From Eledone cirrhosa (taxonomy: Eukaryota), in assembly GCA_964016885.1 (NCBI GenBank), contig OZ024745.1:116808001-116872000 (forward strand): a DNA stretch of 64,000 bases, given 5' to 3'. Positions 28,660 to 41,704 of the stretch are shown here, one piece after another (positions within the stretch are counted from its first letter, which is position 1; every line of letters begins with the position of its first letter). Under the pieces are notes generated by a model. It ran no database searches and was not told the origin of the DNA. It saw nothing but the letters and a program-made list of their open reading frames with translations. The position numbers and the translations under genes are program-made.

Positions 28660-31600
28660 ACATTACACAATACAGTACACTGCTCCATAAAATATTACAC
28701 TGCTCCATAAAATATTACACTGCTCCATAAAATATGACACTGCTCCATAAAATATTACACTGCTCCATAAAATATTACACTGCTCCATAAAATATGACAC
28801 TGCTCCACAAAATATTACATTCCTCCACAAAGCATTACATTCCCCCACAAAATATTTCACTGCTCCACAAAACATTACATTCCTCCACAAAGCATTACAT
28901 TCCCCCACAAAACATTACACTGCTCCACAAAATATTACACTTCCCCACAAAATATTACACTCCTACACAAAACATTACACTGCTCCACAAAATATTAGAC
29001 TGCTCCACAAAATATTACATTTCTCTAAAAACATTAAACTGCTCCACAAAACATTACATTCCTCCACAAAACATTACATTCCTCCACAAAATATTACACT
29101 GCTCCACAAAACATTACATTCCTCCACAAAACATTACACTGCTCCCCAAAATGTTACACTCTTCCACAAAACATTACACTGCTCCACAAAACATTACACT
29201 CCTCCACAAAATATTACACTTCCCCACAAAACATTACACTCCTACACAAAACATTACACTCCTCCACAAAACATTACATTCCTCCACGAAACATTACACT
29301 CCTCCACAAAATATTACACTCCTCCACAAAACATTACACTGCTCCACAAAACATTACACTTCTCCACAAAACATTAGACTTCTCCACAAAACATTACACT
29401 CCTCCACAAAATATTACACTCCTCCACAAAACATTACACTGTTCCACAAAACATTACACTGCTCCACAAAACATTACACTGCTCCACAAAACATTACAAT
29501 GTTCCACAAAACATTACACTGCTACACAAAATATTACACTCCTCCACGAAACATTACACTCCTCCACAAAATATTACACTCCTCCACAAAACATTACACT
29601 ATTCCACAAAACATTACACTTCTCCACAAAACATTACACACCTCCACAAAACATTACACTCCTCCACAAAACATTACACTGCTCTACAAAACATTACACT
29701 CCTCCACAAAATATTACACTACTCCACAAATCATTACACTACTCCACAAAACATTACACTCCTGCACAAAACATTACACTCCTCCACAATACATTACACT
29801 CCTCCACAAAACATTACACTGCTCCACAAAACATTACACTACTCAAGAAAATATTACACTGCTCCACAAAAAATTACACTTCTCCACACAACATTACATA
29901 GCTCCACAAAATATTACACTGCTCCACAAAACATTACACTTCTCCACAAAACATTACACTTCTCCACAAAACATTACACTTCTCCACAAAACATTACACT
30001 TCTCCACAAAACATTACATTTCTCCACAAAATATTACACTGCTCCACAAAACATTACATTGCTCCTCAAAACATTACACTACTCAACAAAACATTACATT
30101 GCTCCACAAAACATTACACTGCTCCACAAAACATTACACTTCTCCACAAAACATTACACTGCTCCACAAAACATTACACTGCTCCACAAAACATTATATT
30201 GCTCCACAAAACATTACACTATTCCACAAAACATTACACTTCTCCACAAACATTACACTTCTCCACACAACATTACACTTCTCCACAAAACATTACACTC
30301 CTCTACAAAACATTACACTTCTCCACAAAACATTACACTTCTCCACAAAACATTACACTTCTCCACAAAACATTACATTCCTCCACAAAACATTACACTG
30401 CTCCACAAAATATTACATTGCTCCACAAAACATTACATTGCTCCACAAAACATTACACACCTCCACAAAACATTACACTGCTCCACAAAACATTACACTT
30501 CTCCACAAAACATTACACAGCTCCACAAAACATTACATAGCTCCACAAAACATTACACTCCTCCACAAAACATTACACTGCCCCACAAAACATTACACTT
30601 CTCCACAAAATATTACACTTCTCCATCAAAACATTACACTCCTCCACAAAAGATTACACACCTCCACAAAACATTACACTCCTCAACAAAACATTACACT
30701 CCTCCACAAAACATTACACTGCTACACAAAATATTACATAGCTCCACAAAACATTACACTATTCCACAAAACATTACATTCCTCCACAAAACATTACACT
30801 TCTCCAGAAAACATTACACTCCTCCACAAAACATTACACTTCTCCACAAAACATTACACTTCTCCAAAACTATTACACTGCTCCACAAAACATTACACTA
30901 TTCCAGAAAATATTACACTGCTCCACAAAACATTACACTATTCCATAAAATATTACACTGCTCTACAAAATATTACACTGCTCCACAAAACATTACACTT
31001 CTCCACAAACATTACACTGCTCCACAAAACATTACATTGCTCCACAAAATATTACACTATTCCACAAAACATTACACTCCTCCACAAAACATTACATTCC
31101 TCCACAAAACATTACACTCCTCCACAAAACATTACACTATTCCAGAAAATATTACACTGCTCCACAAAAGATTATACTACTCCAGACAATATTACACTGC
31201 TCTACAAAATATTACACTGCTCCACAAAACATTACACTTCTCCACACAACATTACACTGCTCCACAAAATATTACACTGCTCCACAAAACATTACACTAT
31301 TCCACACAACATTACACTTCTCCACAAACATTACACTTCTCCACAAAACATTACACTTCTCCACAAAACATTACACTGCTCCACTCAAAATTACACTGCT
31401 CCACAAAACATTACACTCCTCCACAAAACATTACATTGCTCCACAAAATATTACACACCTCCACAAAACATTACACTGCTCCACAAAACATTACACTTAT
31501 CCACAAAACATTACACTGCTCCCCAAAACATTACATAGCTCCACAAAACATTACACTCCTCCACAAAACATTACACTGCCCCACAAAACATTACACTTCT

Positions 31601-32778
31601 CCACAAAATATTACACTTCTCCATCAAAACATTACACTCCTCTACAAAACATTACACTCCTCCACAAAACATTATACTCCTCCACAAAATATTACACTGC
31701 TCCACAAAACATTACATTTCTCCACAAAACATTACATTCCTCCACAAACCATTACACTCCTCCACAAAAGATTACACTTCTCCACAAAACATTACACTGT
31801 ACACCAAATATTACACTTCTCCACATAACATTACACTGCTCCACAAAATATTACACTCCTGCACAAAACTTTACACTCCTCCACAAAACATTACACTTCT
31901 CCACAAAAGATTACACTGCTCCACAAAAGATTACACTGCTCCACAAAATATTACACTGCTCCACAAAAGATTACACTGCTCCACAAAATATTACACTGCT
32001 CCACAAAATATTACACCACTCCACAAAACATTACACTCCTCCACAAAACATTACATTGCTACACAAAACATTACACAAAACATTACCCTGCTCCACAAAA
32101 TATTACACTTCTCCACAAAACATTACACAGCTCCACAAAACATTACACAGCTCCACAAAACATTACACTCCTCCACAAAACATTACACTGCCACACAAAA
32201 CATTACACTGCCCCACAAAACATTACACTCCTCCACAAAACATTACACTGCAACACAAAACATTACACAAAACATTACCCACCTCCACAAAATATTACAC
32301 TCCTCCACAAAACATTACACTCCTGCACAAAACATTACACTGCTCCACAAAACATTACACTACACCACAAAACATTACACTGCGACACAAAACATTACAC
32401 AAAACATTACACTTCTCCACAACATATTACACTCCTCCACAAAACATTACACTCCTGCACAAAACATTACACTGCTCCACAAAACATTACACTGCTCCAC
32501 AAAACATTACATTCCTCCACAAAATATTACACTCCTCCACAAAACATTACACTGCTCCACAAAACATTACACTGCTCCACAAAATATTACACTCCCCCAC
32601 AAAATATTACACTGCTCCACAAAACATTACCCACCTGCACAAAATATTACACTCCTCCACAAAACATTACACTGCTCCACAAAACATTACACTCCTCCAC
32701 AAAACATTACACTTCTCGACAAAACATTACACTCCTCCTCAAATCATTACACTGCTCCACAAATCAATACACAGCTCC
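28660..32778. repeat. 20-bp satellite, ~205 copies (ACAAAACATTACACTGCTCC)
   Basis: 4.1-kb tandem array with variation concentrated in the CTG/CTC/CTT/CTA position. Confidence 0.98.
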
Positions 32779-34591
32779 CTGGAGCATCGAGGAAAAATAT
32801 GCCACCTCTTCTTTGAAATACCAATTCAGTAATGGTTGTATAAACCAGTCGCTGATCAACTAGAAATTTTGGCTCATTATCTGTGACGTAGAGGCGGAGA
32901 TCATGGATGTCATAAGAAGTCTCCTGTATGATATCTGTGGGAAGTTTGTTTCAGTCTGTGCGATGAGTTTCTGGTAAACCGTAGTCACGTAAACCTTTCC
33001 TCCAATCAGAGCTAACTTGTCCTGAATATCAATGAGAGCTCTCTTGTATAATTCATTACTAAAGCCGATCTCTATTTCTGGAAGCAGCAATTGTGCTTGG
33101 TGTCTGTAGTCGCCTGTTAGTTCATCCCTATATTTCATCCACAAGGACAAAGGATTAGATAAGTTGCACGAGTGCAAAAGTACCGCTAAATAAATTTCTT
33201 AGGCTGGCAGGTGAATGTGAAAGAGCAACTTCCGCCATCGTTGCATCCCACTGCCAACCAACTTCCAGCAATCCACGCCTCAAACATGCCTTTGTGTATG
33301 TTGGAAGAACTTGTCCGTCTAACGTTCGGAGATCATCAAAGCAGGTAGGTCCTCTGACTTCGTGTAGTAGCATGCGAAGATGGAAGCACTCGTGTTGGTT
33401 TGGGGGCACATATAATCTCTGCCCAAGCACTCGTTGAACTTGATGCCTAGATAACCTTCGACACACTGTCCTGTTTTTCTTCGCTTCCATGTATTTTTGT
33501 CCCAGGTATAGGAAGATAGGACTTGTGGATATAGTAAAGTTTTAGCAAATGGATCTTCTTGACATAGTTTAAAGGAAGCGGTAAGAGTAGTATCCTTGGG
33601 TTCTTGTGCTAACTGAGCAGCTGATGCATTCGTAAAATATACTCTCTGACCGTTCTCCAGGTGCACTTGGAGTTTTTGAACAGCAGGATGCCGTTGATGT
33701 ATAGAAAATCCGAAAATCCGCCAGAACGCTTCATTAGAGCTAATGTATCTTCCAGTTTGGTACTGGGACACTTCATCTCGGCTGTTTTCCCGAAGTAATC
33801 CAAACGTAGCAGCATCAGAGCCTTTATTAATGTACTTACAAATGTATTTTATAGATTTAATCGAATTACAGTATTCTACGTTGATGTGTGCATCAAAAAT
33901 CTTTATAAAGAGTGGATTATATGGAACAACCCATCTGTTGACAACCTCATGTTTGCCAACACTTACTGAGAATCCACCATCTTCGGGTCTTCTCCGGCGA
34001 TATAGTGGGTATCCGTCATGACCAGTCTGAGTGTCAACATGGCTTATGAAAGTTATAAAAATGTAAAAGTTGTAGGTCCCAATGGTTTGAATGGAAAGTC
34101 CCATAACGATTGTTCTAAAAATAAACAAACCATCATCAAAATCTCGTCAATTCGAGACTGCTGCGTGATTAGGCCCTTAACGCGAAAATTAACTCTTAAT
34201 ATCGTGAAACAAGTTAAAACAACAAGTGTTTTGTTAACTTTGAAAGTACAACAAAGAATAAACAAGAAACAAACGATAATATTAGTGATTTATCTTCAAA
34301 TGAATCTGATGTTTATATTTCTGTCAATAAAGTTGGTTATATCCCTTTTTTCTAAGGATTGTCAATAAAGTTGGTTATCTCCCTTACAACAATTTTGCTA
34401 CCGATAATGTTGATATCGATTTTTTATTGCTCAACGTGAGTCGATTTGAAAAGATTTTGTGATGTGACTATCTTAGCGACCCGTGCAACGTGCACAGTAA
34501 ATTTGGTCAAATTCGGTTGGTAATTGTAAAAGCCTTAGGTATCCAATGCTGTACACAGACACACACACATCCTCGCTTTTATATATATAGA
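32776..34591 (-). mobile_element. Second Helitron relic, 5' end intact and 3' truncated
   Basis: 5' TCTATATATATAAAAGCGAGGATGTGTG at 34591; DGYPLYRRR, WVVPYNP, HINVEYCNS, KYINKGSD, VHLENGQRVYF; ends at GGIFFLDAPG. Confidence 0.9.
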
Positions 34592-34609
34592 AGGTATATA
34601 AAGAGTCAG

Positions 34610-34706
34610 GACCACGACGGCTGAGCTCCGGCCGTCACGACAGCTAGATCCGAACTAAGCCAGCAGTATTAGAACGGTGGGAATCTAGTTGAATTTATCA
34701 AGGGGC
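34610..34706 (-). ncRNA. Degenerate type I hammerhead with full stem III
   Basis: Minus strand: GCCCC-TTGATAA-[CAACTAGATTCC...GGATCTAGCTG]-GTGA-CGGC...GCCG-TC|GTGGTC; the paralogue at 43729-43770 has intact GAAA and GGGGTC. Confidence 0.55.
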
Positions 34707-35210
34707 ACAGTCCATATATGGGCATGCAGTCACGAGGAGTGGTCAACGATTTGGGGATGTCATGTACATGGTTAAATTCCCTCATAGCGGCGGGGCTGCT
34801 GAACTGGCCTGTAGAACAAAGGAGAGGGAGTACGAAGACAATCTGACCTGTGGGTGCCAAGCCGGTCAGGTGTTAAGAGAGAAATCGAACTCACAACCTG
34901 ACGATTGCGCGTATGTATTATGTATGTATGTATGTATGTATCCTATACACCTCCCTATAGTTTCTTAGCTTTACTCTCTCCGTCGCTATTCCCTCTCTCT
35001 ATAATAAATCATTCCCCCTCTCTATAATGTAACTGCTTTACTCTCTCTGTCGATCTTCACTCTCTAATATTGTAAAGCTGAGCGTCGTCTCTCTCTCTCT
35101 CCCTCTTTCACCCTCTCTATAATTTAACTGCTTTACTCTCTGTCTCTCTTCACTCTCTATATGACAACACTCTTTTACTTTCTGTATCTACCTTCAATAT
35201 ATCAATATAT

Positions 35211-35500
35211 ACCCAGGTTCTGCTGCACGTCGGACTGAGGGGGCCAAACTCCTCAAATACCGGTCGCTCTCCGACAGGTTTGCGGTCGTACCCCTGGCAG
35301 TGGAGACTTCTAGTGTCCACGGCCCCATGGCTACCTCCTTACTCAACACCATAGGCGCTGAGCTGGCCAGCCGCAGGTGTGAGCCCCGCGAGTTGGAGTG
35401 GATTTTCCAGCGCGTCTCCCTTGCCGTCCTCCGGGGAAACGCCTTCTCCATTCTGTCCGCCGGGGCTGTGGGTGGGCCCCATCGCGTACCGTTGTAGTTG
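35211..35500 (+). mobile_element. 3' fragment of a CRE-clade retrotransposon
   Basis: PLAVETSSVHGP...FQRVSLAVLRGNAFSI; highly similar to 63060-63345. Confidence 0.85.
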
Positions 35501-35842
35501 TTGTATACAGATATTAACTCATCAATCCCATCATTTATATCATATATCAATATAGATATGAGCGTCGTATGTATGTTTATTTAAAAAGGATAACCTCCTT
35601 CAAATTCGGTCAACACACAAGCAGGTAATACATATATCAAAAGGCAACCTTATTAGAGAAACAGAGATTGAAAGAGACAGATTAGGAAAACTATACACAC
35701 ACACACACATCTAAAGAGAAAGAGGAGAGAGAGACAGGGAAAGAGAAACAGAGGGACGGGCAAGAAGGTAATACATACATCTAAAATCACTTGGATACAA
35801 ATATCATAATATAATGGTTGCAGAATGAAAATACAGACAAAT

Positions 35843-36037
35843 ATAATAATTGTTTCTACGTTAGGAACAAGGCCAGCAATTAACCAGTGTATTACTGGTA
35901 CTTTATTTTATCGACCCCGTAATGATGAAAGGCAAAGTTAACCTCGGCGGGATTTGAACTCAGAATGGCAAGGGCCGTAACTCTATGCGTCAAAGCATGG
36001 CGTCCGACCCTCTACCAATACTACCAATCCACCGCCT
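35843..36037 (-). mobile_element. OR-type SINE
   Basis: Matches the 6108-6300 family. Confidence 0.85.
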
Positions 36038-36086
36038 ATATAATAATGTATGTATCCCACACACTTTTTCTGTCGTCGCTCGCATA

Positions 36087-36121
<35 letters not shown>

Positions 36122-36279
36122 TACACATACTTTCACACCTGATTTCGCCAATTGCCGGATAACATCAAAACAAAACACAGACACGCACATACACACATAC
36201 ACACATACACGAACACACATACACATACACAAACACACACACATATCTATACTTTATATGTATGTATGTATGTATGTAT

Positions 36280-36479
36280 NNNNNNNNNNNNNNNNNNNNN
36301 NNNNNNNNNNNNNNNNNNNNNNNNNNNNNNNNNNNNNNNNNNNNNNNNNNNNNNNNNNNNNNNNNNNNNNNNNNNNNNNNNNNNNNNNNNNNNNNNNNNN
36401 NNNNNNNNNNNNNNNNNNNNNNNNNNNNNNNNNNNNNNNNNNNNNNNNNNNNNNNNNNNNNNNNNNNNNNNNNNNNNNN
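36280..36479. other. Assembly gap (200 N)
   Basis: Run of N. Confidence 1.
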
Positions 36480-36485
36480 CATTCG

Positions 36486-36522
<37 letters not shown>

Positions 36523-36560
36523 CGAAGTAGTTTCAGATGTTCAAGTCCTTTAATAATAAT

Positions 36561-36634
36561 GCTGTGATATATATTTCAATGACGACACTGGCCACACTGT
36601 TCTGTGTGCGAGTGTCGTGTCATCATCAGACAGC
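36561..36634 (-). ncRNA. Type I hammerhead, mirror copy
   Basis: Reverse complement of 36796-36869. Confidence 0.8.
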
Positions 36635-36795
36635 TTGTTACATAATAAGGTTGTTTCCGAGGTTCGTGCTTTTGGGTTTATCATCCGTTTCCTTGTGGAC
36701 AAGGGAACGGATGATAAACCCAAAAGCACGAACTTCATCCGTTCCCATGTCGATTCAATTTGGATTGCCTCGGAAACAACCTTATTATGTAACAA

Positions 36796-36869
36796 GCTGT
36801 CTGATGATGACACGACACTCGCACACAGAACAGTGTGGCCAGTGTCGTCATTGAAATATATATCACAGC
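36796..36869 (+). ncRNA. Minimal type I hammerhead ribozyme
   Basis: GCTGT-CTGATGA-[TGACacGACACT...AGTGTCGTCAtt]-GAAA-TATATA-TC|ACAGC; perfect stem I, intact core. Confidence 0.85.
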
Positions 36870-36992
36870 ATTATTATTAAAGGACTTGAACATCTGAAAC
36901 TACTTCGCTTTTCCTTATTCGATATTTACTCCGTCACTCCTATGTGGAAAAAGTACGTTGAGTGCTTGAATTGAATTGCATCAATGTTTACC

Positions 36993-37079
<87 letters not shown>

Positions 37080-38150
37080 TAGGGCGGGTAAAATTCCCGA
37101 GATCCATGGACGAGTTCTCTCCAGCGGTCTCTGTCCCTCATTATCGCTGCCATGTCCTGCGTCTCCAACAGACCTGTGTCTGTCCTTAGGGTTTCAACAT
37201 ACGTTAACCTTGGTCGTCCTCTTCCAGTGTGTCTATGTAGGGGCTACCACAGGAGCACTGAGTGCAATGTCAACTCTTGATGTCGGTGAGCATGTCGAGC
37301 TAACCTCTGTGTCACTTTTGAGCTGACCTTTGGGAGGCTCCCATACAGCTCTGAGTTTTTCCTTCTCAGTGTATACTGATTAATGTTCAGAGCCATCCTC
37401 AGCATTCTCGTGTAGCACCATCCACCATCTGAGTGAATTTATTGGTCAGTGTCCAAGTCTCAGACCCGTACAGCAGCACAGACTCCACTACAGCAATGAA
37501 GAGGCAGATTTTCAGGTCTTTACGAAGGTCCGACTTCCACACCGATCTCAAGCTGTGGCACGCCGCCCAACCACATCATCTTCCGTATTCCCAATCTTTG
37601 CTCCCAAATACAGGAAGTCCTCAACCAATTCTAGCAGTTTCCCGCCTACATTAGTGATCCCCTCTGGCTTCTCAACATTCTCTACCAGATATTTTGTTTT
37701 AGTCTCATTCATTCTCAGCTCCACACTCATCGACACAGTCTCAACCTCCTGCATCAAATCCTCTGCCTCCTTCACTGTATTTGTCACCAAAACTATGTCG
37801 TCGGCAAATTCAGCATCTGATACCTTTTTCGCCTTAACTCTCCTGCTCTGGGCCGGTGCTACAGTAAAGCCAGAGTCCTGGTGTATCTCCAGTGCAAGGC
37901 GCATACAATAGTCCACTACGATGATAAAAAGGTAGGGAGCCAATGTATCTCCCTGGAGTACTCCAGCCAGTATCTCAAAGAACTCTGTCATCCCATCAGG
38001 TGTAATGACTTGGGCTTTGGTGTTGGTGTAGAGCAGTGATATCAGGTTCACTATCTTCATGGGGATTCCATAAGGCTGTAAGATCTTCATCAGGCAGTGA
38101 CGGTCCACAGAATCAAAGGCCTTCATAAAGTCAATGAAAACCATGACCGC
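37080..38150 (-). pseudogene. RTE-like LINE 3' part (RT)
   Basis: FIDFMKAFDSVDR, GVLQGDTLAPYLFIIVVDY, EFADDIVL, FLYLG. Confidence 0.92.
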
Positions 38151-38222
<72 letters not shown>

Positions 38223-38296
38223 ATGTATGTATATGCGTATGTATGTATATGTACGTGTGTGTATGGCTAAGAAGATATTTAAAATCCTTTACTTAC

Positions 38297-38575
38297 TTAT
38301 ATTCATATTTGGGCTTCCTCTCATCTTCCTTCCTTTCATTTTCATTCAATGTTAACTTGAAGAAAGGAATCTCTGATTTTGAGCCAGTGCCATGTTCTTT
38401 CGTATCTGATGCTTTTATACTTTTTTCTGAAGCTATTGTGAAAGATGGCTTCGAATATTTAGCTGCGTCAATAGATAATCCTTTACCTTGTAATAAAGTA
38501 AATCCTTCTTTATCAATAGCACCAGCAAAAGATGGTGAATGGAGCCTTCTTTCTCTCGCATCAAATTGATTTCGC
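38297..38575 (-). CDS. Candidate internal coding exon of an unidentified host gene (279 bp, phase 2-2)
   Basis: Acceptor TTGTAG|G, donor AA|GTAAGT, stop-free: RNQFDARERRLHSPSFAGAIDKEGFTLLQGKG...EDERKPKYEY; non-repetitive. Confidence 0.65.
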
Positions 38576-38772
38576 CTACAATTTGTAATAAAGATGAATT
38601 CAAGGATTTATTTGCAAATATAAATGGATCTCATTAATACAGCTTTTAAGTAACCACGTATTATATCACAATATCCCGCCAAGAAAATATACTAACCATT
38701 TTACTTTAATAAAGTGTACTCAAAATTTCACACTCTGTATTTCATTTCATTCAAATGTCATAAACATATATA

Positions 38773-38919
38773 TCAAGCAAGCGCAACCTTTTGCGAGCAG
38801 TGGGCCGCATAGGATGTGACTCATCATAAGAGGGGCCCATTATTAAAACATTCAAGGCAATATTGAAATTAAGTGTGTCATTGAGGAAAGCCAAACGGGC
38901 CGCAGTTTTCCCATAGCTG
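38773..38919. mobile_element. Short degenerate hAT-type MITE
   Basis: Ends CAAGCAAGCGCAACC and GTTTTCCCATAGCTG, GGGCCGCA subterminal motifs, ATATATAT on both flanks. Confidence 0.5.
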
Positions 38920-38952
38920 ATATATATGATACTACATATCGATAATTAAAAA

Positions 38953-39151
38953 AATAATTGTTTCTACTTTTAGCACAAGGCCAGCAATTATGCCAGTGTA
39001 TTACTGGTACTTTATTTTATCGACCCCGTAAGGATGAAAGGCAAAGTTAACATGGCGAGATTTGAACTCAGACCATAAAGGGCCGTAACTCTTTTCTGCA
39101 AAGCATAGCATAGCGTCCGACCCTCTACCGATACTGCTAATCCACCGCCTT
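38953..39151 (-). mobile_element. OR-type SINE
   Basis: Matches the 6108-6300 family. Confidence 0.85.
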
Positions 39152-39274
39152 AATCGATAATTAAAAATAATGATGATTTAGAACTGGTTGTTTCTTTTTT
39201 AAGGCATTTGTTGATCAGATATACGTTACAATTGTTTTATCCCATCAGTGAGTCTGCACTGTCACTGTCTAAAT

Positions 39275-39557
39275 CAGTCATGGGCAACCTGCGAAGCTTT
39301 CTGAATGGCTTGCCTAAGTCACCTAAGTGAAAACTTTCTGATTTTTTTACCACAACTTTTCAGTCATAATTTATCTTTCTATCATTTTTACAATCAAGGA
39401 AAACAACGTGTACGAATTCTGAAGAAAAGAATCAAAACAAACTGAGTTACCGGCCTTTTTTTAATGTGGGCACGAATGTAAATTAGCGCTTGAGGCTCGC
39501 CTGATGATGAGCCATATCTCATATGGCCTGCTTCTCGAAAAAGGTTGCCCATGCCTG
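39275..39557. mobile_element. hAT MITE with TIRs and 8-bp TSD
   Basis: TIRs CAGTCATGGGCAACCT and AGGTTGCCCATGCCTG; flanks GTCTAAAT and ATCTAAAT. Confidence 0.88.
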
Positions 39558-39917
39558 ATCTAAATCATCGTCGAACGATCAGTTTACTTAATCTTTAAAT
39601 GAATATGTACTATGAATAGAAACAAATCAACATCTTGAAAGATTCCAGCATATGTTAAACTTGCCAATAGAATAGTATTGTAACTTAAGAAATGAGATGC
39701 TATAGCCTCTAAAGTATACTTCACTTTATCAAATGATCAATTCAAAATCACAACCCAACGTGAAGTCATAAGGAAAAGCAATCTTTTTTTACTCTACGAA
39801 CTACTAATCGATTGACCCCACCTTCCAAACATGTAAAAGATGTTGTAGGTATTGTCAACAACTACTTTTTCATCGTTCTCAGTGATAAATTCATTTATTT
39901 ACTTCCATTCTTAGATG

Positions 39918-40200
39918 CATCATCATCATCATCCTTCGATTCCTCTGTGGTCATTCGGAATTCTCTTGACAATCCCTTTCCACGCTGTTCAGTATGTATT
40001 GCTGTCCCCAGATCCCTTATGTCCAGCCCTGAGTCCCGAGCTATGGTGTCTGGGAAAGTCAGTTTTCGTGAATAGACACATCCAGAGGGATGTCACAGAA
40101 GGAGAGATGAAATGATTTCTTTGTCGGCTCGATGACAGTGACTCCGTAAAGCTCTGGCATGGAATGCATGCAACGGGCTTGGCAAGACATGGAGCTCAAA
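39918..40200 (-). mobile_element. LINE 3' end (RTE-like) with (GAT)n tail
   Basis: (CAT)n tail at 39918-39932 next to a coding-like C-terminal segment. Confidence 0.5.
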
Positions 40201-40207
40201 TTTATCA

Positions 40208-41570
40208 TCTATATATCTAAAACAGAGAATGTCGGTCTGTCTGTCTGTCTGATTCCCTAAAACTCGAGAATCCCCCAACCCATTGTTTTCAAACTTTACA
40301 CATGTAATACTTATGGTACTGTGAGTGTTTTGAGCAAAAGAAATTTCAAATTTTCAATGTTCTAGGGACCGCATTAGGCGATTTAGTGATCTCTCTCTAT
40401 AATTCTTAGTCTTTCTTTTTAGATAGATACATAGATATAAGTTTGCGCCCTTATAATATCTGTCTGTATGTCTGGCTGTCTGCATTACGACATTAGATAG
40501 ATATATAGATTTCTTTATTAGCCACAAGGGCGCAACAAGAAAGGGGACAATACAAAGACATGCCGGGGATTTTACATACAGTCGTGTAAAAAATATAAAA
40601 ACAAACAATTTCAACAATCGAAATCCCCAATAGGAGGGAGGCGCCACAAATGGGTTGTTTAATACCCCGTCGATAGAACAACCCTCAACTCAAGGAGCGT
40701 GTTGTGCAAGTGCTCCTTTCTTCCTTTTGCTCTCTTCCTCAACCTACAGGCTTATAAACAGAGAAGGCCCAATCACTCGGGCCATTTTCGCTTCATTCAC
40801 CCACCTTTCAGTAAATTTACTGGGGTGCAGTGCCTCTCTCTCCACCCTGATTCTCCTTCTAAAGTGATACTTAAAGAATGGAATCAATTAGATAGATATA
40901 TAGATATAACTTTGCGCCCTTATAATATCTGTCTGTATGTCTGGCTGTCTGCATTACGACATACATGTGTGTGTGTATATATATGTGTATATAGTGTATG
41001 TCTCTATATATATAGTGCGTAACGTTTTTCGAAATATTTACTTCTGCGTTCACAGATTGATTTTTTTTAGTTTCAGAAGATCCTGTTAAGGGTGAAAGCA
41101 GCGATTCTTTCCTTAAACTTTAATCTGTTATTTTAATATATATATTCGTATACAGATATTTTTGCATAGACGAAAACAAAATATAAACAAACGTATTTAT
41201 TTCACAAGGCTCGATAAGGATAAATATATATCAAATATATAAGAACCCTGGAGCAAATATTGTTCTCATTGCTGACGAGGCAGAAGGGGATATACACGAT
41301 TGGATGAAAAAGGACGAGACTGTGTTAGTAGTACGACTAACGGCCGCTATCACACTAACAGCAGCAAAAACAACAAAAAAGAGAGGAAACGCAATTACAT
41401 GCTTTTGAAAAATCTTAATGGAAAATTATTTGCCTATTCACCCAAGGCGACTTCACTTTTTATTAGGACTTCTGCATCAATTGGTGAACATACGACGAAA
41501 CTGTTTCAGAAAGGAGGAATAAATATGCCAATCTATGTTTAGAATCCCGAGCAACGCCGGGATGATACGT
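40208..41570 (+). mobile_element. Non-autonomous Helitron
   Basis: 5' A|TCTATATATCTAAAA...(GTCT)n; 3' hairpin ATCCCGAGCAACGCCGGGAT at ~41544-41563. Confidence 0.7.
40511..40888 (-). mobile_element. 5'-truncated Tx1/L1-like 3' end with 17-bp TSD
   Basis: KYHFRRRIRVEREALHPSKFTERW C-terminus and AATAAA; TAGATAGATATATAGAT at both 40494-40510 and 40889-40905. Confidence 0.65.
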
Positions 41571-41704
41571 AATGTTAACACCGACAAGCTTTGAATTCAG
41601 AACCTAAAGGTACGTAACTAAATACCTCTAGTCCATCCTCCAAACACTTCTGTCTATTCACCATAATATAAATAAAATAATATATAACAACTATTACAAC
41701 AATA

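Noticed and set aside
28794-32832. 914-, 589- and 258-aa ORFs
   Set aside because: Translations of a 20-bp satellite; the unit is not a multiple of 3 and frames shift at indels.
38153-38569. Plus-strand 138-aa ORF
   Set aside because: Starts in (GT)n and is the antisense shadow of the minus-strand exon candidate.
39500-39545. CTGATGA...GAAA inside the hAT MITE
   Set aside because: No pairable stems I or III and no UH site; chance match. The same applies to CTGACGA at 41272.
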